Shown one piece after another: positions 1-64,000 of a stretch of DNA of 64,000 bases (within the stretch, counting starts at the first letter, position 1; every line of letters starts with the position of its first letter). Position numbers and translations under genes: made by a program. This DNA is from Octopus sinensis. Taxonomy: Eukaryota. Location: the NCBI RefSeq assembly GCF_006345805.1, contig NC_043004.1, positions 71,300,001-71,364,000 on the forward strand, read 5' to 3'. The notes beneath the pieces are model-generated. The model worked only from the letters and a program-made list of their open reading frames with translations, did no database searches and was not told the origin of the DNA.

Positions 1-336
1 CTAGAGAAGGTAAATATACCGATAAAGCTGTAGATATGAATTTCAGGAACATGAAGTTACCTTCTTTAGGATGTTACTAATTGATTTGAGAACTTTACAT
101 TATTGGAAAACCTATATGAAATTAGCTGAAGATTACTTGACATATTATATCTGCTGTAATGTTTGCAGCTTTAATAAATTGTTATAGTATGAAGCAATTG
201 TACTAAATTACCAATCCATTCTTGTTGCTTATTTTTGGCTATAATCACCCCACATAATTTTATGGGTAATACCATAAAAATTCTGGTGCATCTAAATTAA
301 GTACCATATTCATTTGAATCTAAATTGTTTTGCTGC

Positions 337-397
<61 letters not shown>

Positions 398-479
398 CGT
401 GTGTGTGTATGATATCTATCTATATATATATATATATATATATAAACACACAAAGATAAATTGATAGATACAACTGAGT

Positions 480-900
480 GGGCAAACAAAAATATGAGAC
501 ACAGCGTAGTGCTTTTTTATGTTCATAAGCTTGGTACTTATTCTATTAGTATCTTCTTGAACCAGTAAGTTAAGGGGATGTAAATAAACGAACATCAGTT
601 GTGATGCAGTGATGATGAAGGTGAAACACAGAAACAAGTCACACACATACACTTTAATATAAACATATATATATATAATATAAATATATATATATATATG
701 TATGTATACACACAGACACACACACACGAATATATATTGTGTGGGCAAACAAAAATATGTGATACTGCCTAGTGTTTTTTTTTTAAATTTTGATAAACCT
801 GGTACTTATTCTATCAGTTTCTTCTTTTGAAACAGTAAGTTATGGGGATGTAAATAAACGAAAACCAATTGTGAGGTAGTGATGAGGGAGAAACACAAAG
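480..900. repeat. Two tandem copies of a SINE-like fragment (about 480-640 and 742-900)
   Basis: ggcaaacaaaaatatg...ggtacttattctat...agtaagtta.ggggatgtaaataaacg occurs twice; reverse-complement relatives at about 31390-31565 and 52720-52900. Confidence 0.55.
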
Positions 901-942
901 AAACATACACAGACTTACATATAAACATACATATACATACGA

Positions 943-1102
943 TTGATTTCTTTCAGTTTCTGCCTACAAAATCCACTGACAAGGCTTTGGTTGGTCTGAG
1001 TCTATAGCAAAAGCCGAATGCCATGTCACCACACAGTGGGACTGAACCCAGGACCATGTGGTTTGGAAGGAAGTTTGTTACCACACAGCCACACCTGCAC
1101 CT
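943..1102 (-). mobile_element. tRNA-derived SINE (octopus-type)
   Basis: Reverse complement has head ggtgtggctgtgtggtaacaaac...ggttcagtcccactg; other copies at about 1303-1360 (+, head only), 31240-31385 (+) and 52505-52622 (+). Confidence 0.7.
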
Positions 1103-1539
1103 ATGTATGTGTGAGTGTGTGTGTATGGGTGTATATATCTATGCATGTATATATGTGAATATATATGTGTAATATTACATGTACATCTATCTATCTATAT
1201 ATATATATGCATCTACACATATACATGTATACATATACATCTATATGTATAGAAATAAATGTATACATATACAGCTATACACACATACACACACACATAC
1301 ATAGGTGCAGATGTGGCTGTGTGGTAACAAACTGTGTTCCAAAACATGGTCCTGGGTTTAAATTTAAATTTAAATTACTAAGGGTGAGAAATTGAATATT
1401 AATTTGATTAATATTAATTGAAAACCAGTGGTGTAATATATAAGACCATAGTGGATCTTCTTCTAGCAAAATGGATGTTCACTGTTAATGGTTTATCCCT
1501 CTTATATAATAGTTGGACTTTAATAGTTTCAGTAATAAA

Positions 1540-1810
1540 GTGAAAGTATCTGACATTACAACAGAGAGATGTTTGTTTCACTTTACACGTAATACTGAAA
1601 TAGTGTCGAGAGATATGATATTGCGTGGGCTCGCCCTAGGCAAAAGTTAAATTTCTTTTGCCCATGACACTCCCTGGACCCTAAGTAAGGCTGTGTAAAA
1701 TTGAATGAAATTGGTTGTGTAGTTCTCAGGTTTTAGGGATTCACACAGACAGACAGACAGACAGACACACACATACACATTCTCAGTTTCACATATATAT
1801 ACATATATAT
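1540..1810 (-). mobile_element. Possible non-autonomous Helitron/Helentron-like element
   Basis: Minus strand tata..aaactgagaatg(tgtc)n gtgaatccctaaaac...ccaatttcattcaattttacaca resembles DINE-like elements; motif recognition only. Confidence 0.35.
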
Positions 1811-2241
1811 TCTTCTGCTTTTGTTTGAATGTGCAAATATTCATTTGATTATCTGTCTGTGTGTGTATCTCTGTTTGCTCTACTTCCTTCGCGTACCCTT
1901 CTTCTTCACCTACATTTCTTGTCTCCATCACCATCATCATCATCACCATCTTCTTCTTTTTCTTCTTCTTCTTCTTCTTCTTCTTCTTCTTCTTCTTCTT
2001 CCTCTAATTCTTCTCTCTTTCTCTTTGTATATACACACATATATGTTCTTGTGTGTTTCTGTGTGGTTGCGTGAATGTCTAAAGTATCTCTTTGTCTGTA
2101 TAAGTATCAATGAATTTAGTAACAATTAATTAATCATCATACTGTTCTGGTTTCCATCGCTTCCACCATTTAATTGCTCAGCCAAATTCTGTGAAAAATT
2201 TGTTCTATGCAATTGCTTATTAACCCAATTTTATGTTACAG

Positions 2242-58808
<56,567 letters not shown>

Positions 58809-59032
58809 GTAAGTTGGATTAGTCTTCTTGGTAATATTTCATTGCAAATATATATTACGAAATATTTAATATCTTCCCATATTGTATCGCGTGCCGTCTT
58901 TGCTACTCATTACATTCTCAATATCGTTTGACAGAAACGCGTGATTGTTTTTGAATGTCTTTAAATATGACAGTCTGTGAGTCATGTTAATATAAATGTG
59001 TATTGGTATGTATAACATTTTGTGTTTATACG

Positions 59033-59105
<73 letters not shown>

Positions 59106-59107
59106 TA

Positions 59108-59142
<35 letters not shown>

Positions 59143-59734
59143 AGCAAAGGACAAAAATAATTCCAGAAAAATAAATTTTCTAAGATATCAATTTTGCTAT
59201 TATCTATTATGACTATTTTCAAAAAATGATAATAACAGAATCAATGATATAAGCGATTGCGGACCCAACAAAAAGGCATTGAATAACTGGAGGATGTCTA
59301 CTAAGTATGTCTACTTGCTTGAAATAACATTAAAAACTCTTATATAAATCGCCAAGATACATTGATGATAACAACAGAAATCAACGAAAGGCAGATCAGG
59401 TTACTAAAATCTTCTAACGTACACTTAAATATTTGGATTCACGTGGACCGGTTTCGTCACTGGCAAAAAATCGCCTTAGCTTTCTCAGCACGAGTTACCA
59501 TGATGGAGACCCCCAACCCATCGTTTTGAAATTTGCACCCGATTTGCCTTCGGTTCATTTCTGTAGTTATCATCAATGTATTTTGGCGATTTAAATAAGA
59601 GTTTTAACTGTTATTTCCAGCAGGTAGACGTGCTTAGTATGTCCTTTGATGAATTATATATATATATAGACAACACAGATAGGCAGATAGATACATATAT
59701 ATTATATTATATATATTATATATATAATATATAT

Positions 59735-60125
59735 TTATTATATAGAAGGAGCTTCTACAGGACTAGTACTGTTTCATTCAAGAGAAATCTTCAGGAAGCT
59801 ATTTAACAAGAATTGTATTAGCATTTATACATTTAGGCAGGTTTAAAGGAGTGGTGGTGGGGGACTTTTTGGGGGTAGGCATAGCGCAAAATATCATACT
59901 TGGGGAGTGGTCAAGGAGTCAGTGGTAAGTTAGATGAAAGAATAGATAAATAAAAAATAAAAATAAAAATAAAAAAATAAAAAATAAAAAATAAAAAATA
60001 AAAAATAAAAAAATAAAAAATAAAAAATAAAAAATAAAAAATAAAATGTGTGCACATACATACATAAACACATATACATACACACACACATACGTACACA
60101 TGTGTGCCTATACATACCTACACAT

Positions 60126-60172
<47 letters not shown>

Positions 60173-60509
60173 CTATATATACACAATCAAATACAGGCCC
60201 ATTCCCTAATTTTAATTTTATTATCTTCATTTATTACTTTTGTTATCTTTGATCGCTAGGGCTAAGGATCCTGGCTATGGCAGCATGTCCAATTGTCTGT
60301 CTACTAGAAGGCAAGTACTCGTTCCCGCACGCACTCATTAGCACGTACATACACCCATTCGTACACTCATACACATACACGTACGCACGCGTTATATTCA
60401 TACGTACAAACATCTACATACGTTCACGTATATACACATACGTACTCGTACCTACAGATTCATGTCTACACTTTAGGAGGCTAGTCTATATATATACATA
60501 CACCAATAA

Positions 60510-60564
<55 letters not shown>

Positions 60565-60628
60565 TACACACACACACACACATATATAACTCCTACATAC
60601 AGATACATACCCATATATATATACATAT

Positions 60629-60664
<36 letters not shown>

Positions 60665-60932
60665 ATACATATATATATATATATATATAATATATACATA
60701 CATACACACACACACATATATATATACACACACATACATACACATATATATACATACACAACATATATACACACATATATATATATATACATATATACAC
60801 ACATACATACACACACTACATACATATACACACAAACACATACATACGTAAACATACATACATACATCCATACATCCATACTTACATGCATTTATACGCA
60901 TACATACACCCCCATCTATATATATATGTAAT

Positions 60933-60991
<59 letters not shown>

Positions 60992-61487
60992 TCACACATA
61001 CATATACAAATATACGCCCACACATACATACATACACGTATACGCATACACGCACATACACATATACATGCGTACCCATACACGTGCACACACGCACATG
61101 CATCCATATATATACACACACACACACATATATACACGTGTGTAAGCATACATACATACTCATACACGCACACATACTTACATATACATATATGCACACA
61201 CTTACACACATATATACATACACATATACATGCATACATACATATATGCATACATACACATACACGCACATACACATATACACATGCGTACCCATACACG
61301 TGCACGCACGAACGCGCATCCATATATATACACACACACACATATATATACACGTGTGCAAGCATACATACATACTCATACACGCGCACATACTTACATA
61401 TACATATATGCACACACTTACACACATATATACATACACATATACATGCATACATACATATATGCATACATACACACACGCGCACTC

Positions 61488-61518
<31 letters not shown>

Positions 61519-61830
61519 CATATATACACATATATATATATACATATATATACACAAACATATATACACAAACATATATACATGTGTGTATATGTATATA
61601 TATATATGTATATATGTATATATGTATGTGTATATATGTATGTGTGTGTGTATGTATATGTATGTATGTGTGTATATATGTATGTGTATATGTGTATGTA
61701 TGTGTATATATATATATATATGTATGTATGTGTATGTGTATGTGTGTGTAGGTGTGCATGTATGTGTATGTGTATATGTGTATATATATGTTTGTGTATA
61801 TATATGTATATATATATATGTGTATATATG

Positions 61831-61861
<31 letters not shown>

Positions 61862-62355
61862 GAGTGCGCGTGTGTGTATGTATGCATATATGTATGTATG
61901 CATGTATATGTGTATGTATATATGTGTGTAAGTGTGTGCATATATGTATATGTAAGTATGTGCGCGTGTATGAGTATGTATGTATGCTTGCACACGTGTA
62001 TATATGTGTGTGTGTGTATATATATGGATGCGCGTGCGTGCGTGCACGTGTATGGGTACGCATGTGTATATGTGTATGTGCGTGTATGTGTATGTATGCA
62101 TATATGTATGTATGCATGTATATGTGTATGTATATATGTGTGTAAGTGTGTGCATATATGTATATGTAAGTATGTGTGCGTGTATGAGTATGTATGTATG
62201 CTTACACACGTGTATATATGTGTGTGTGTGTGTATATATATGGATGCATGTGCGTGTGTGCACGTGTATGGGTACGCATGTATATGTGTATGTGCGTGTA
62301 TGCGTATACGTGTATGTATGTATGTGTGGGCGTATATTTGTATATGTATGTGTGA

Positions 62356-62436
<81 letters not shown>

Positions 62437-63613
62437 TGGGGGTGTATGTATGCGTATAAATGCATGTAAGTATGGATGTATGGATGTATGTATGTATGTT
62501 TACGTATGTATGTGTTTGTGTGTATATGTATGTAGGTGTGTGTATGTATGTGTGTATATATGTATATATATATATATATGTGTGTATATATGTTTGTGTA
62601 TGTATTATATGTGTATGTATGTGTGTGTATATATATATGTGTGTGTGTGTATGTATGTATATTATATATATATATATATAATATATGTAGTATTATATTA
62701 TATATATATATATTATGTTGGTGTATATGTATATATATATGGGTATGTATCTGTATGTAGGAGTATATATATTGTGTGTGTGGTGTGTATGTGTATATGT
62801 GTATATTATATATATATATTATATATATATATATATGTATATTTATTGGTGTATATATATAGACTAGCCTCCTAAAGTGTAGACATGAATCTGTAGGTAC
62901 GAGTACGTATGTGTATATACGTGAACGTAGTAGATGTTTGTACGTATGAATATAACGCGTGCGTACGTGTATGTGTATGAGTGTACGAATGGGTGTATGT
63001 ACGTGCTAATGAGTGCGTGCGGGAACGAGTACTTGCCTTCTAGTAGACAGACAATTGGACATGCTGCCATCGCCAGGATCCTTAGCCCTAGCGATCAAGA
63101 TAACAAAAGTAATAAATGAAGATAATAAAATTAAATTAGGGAATGGGCCTGTATTTGATTGTGTATATATATATATATATATTATATATATATATATAAT
63201 ATATATATGTATGTATGTGTGTATGTGTAGGATGTATAGGCACACATGTGTACGTATGTGTGTGTTATGTATATGTGTTTATGTATGTATGTGCACACAT
63301 TTTATTTTTTATTTTTATTTTTTTATTTTTTATTTTTTTATTTTTTATTTTTATTTTTATTTTTTATTTTTTATTTTTTTATTTTATTTTTTTATTTATC
63401 TATTCTTTCATCTAACTTACCACTGACTCCTTGACCACTCCCCCAAGTAATGATATTTTGCGCTATGCCTACCCCCAAAAAAGTCCCCCACCACCACTCC
63501 TTTAAACCTGCCTAAATGTATAAATGCTAATACAATTCTTGTTAAATAGCTTCCTGAAGATTTCTCTTGAATGAAACAGTACTAGTCCTGTAGAAGCTCC
63601 TTCTATATAATAA
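59735..63613. repeat. About 3.9 kb inverted duplication (arms about 1.85 kb, spacer about 200 bp, centre about 61674)
   Basis: 59735-59940 is the reverse complement of about 63400-63613, and 60170-60490 of about 62860-63170; paired positions sum to about 123348. Confidence 0.93.
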
Positions 63614-63678
63614 TAATTTACTCTGCTATGTATTGAGTACCTTACTTACTGTGGTTAACCCCGGATCAACCCGGGACC

Positions 63679-63758
<80 letters not shown>

Positions 63759-64000
63759 CATATATATGTTGTGTCGTTTTGCATGAGTGAATGTATAAAA
63801 GTGTACCTATTTGTGTTTGCATTCCTACCTGTAAATCATTTATCTGTTTATCTCTACATCAACGATGATTGCCTTCCCTAATTCTCCCTAGTAATTGTAT
63901 ATTTAAGAGTACATACTCTATTTTTATACCTTGCAACATTTATCAATCTTCTTCTTCTTTTCTTCTTCTTCTTCTTCTTCTTCTTCTTCTTCTTCTTCTT

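Noticed and set aside
1-200. Possible exon end (ctagagaag|gtaaat) or exon after tttcag at about 46
   Set aside because: Wrong phase, no LRR or cap pattern, no supporting donor

Overview
Eukaryotic, AT-rich, microsatellite-dense DNA. The SINE and transposon content looks like an octopus/cephalopod genome (inferred from remembered repeat families, not from a search). Almost all six-frame ORFs are microsatellite or transposon artefacts. The main content, invisible in the ORF track, is the interior of one plus-strand gene: 20 micro-exons (19 x 72 bp, 1 x 69 bp) from 2242 to 58808. Each has AG/GT ends and phase-2/phase-2 boundaries and encodes one typical 24-aa leucine-rich repeat. All are free of stops and frameshifts and join into about 479 in-frame codons; no start, stop, cap or TM exon is visible. 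The array grew by tandem duplication of exon+intron modules (trimer then dimer units), with signs of recent conversion/unequal crossover and exon loss or gain. Introns hold a decayed Penelope-like element, hammerhead-like repeats, RTE, CR1 and R4/Dong LINEs, mariner/Tc1/maT relics, a nested Mutator element, a solo LTR, Helitron-like elements, MITEs, SINEs and a tRNA-Asn gene. A 3.9-kb inverted duplication lies near the end. Coordinates were counted by hand. Exon boundaries were checked against the sequence; TE boundaries are approximate.
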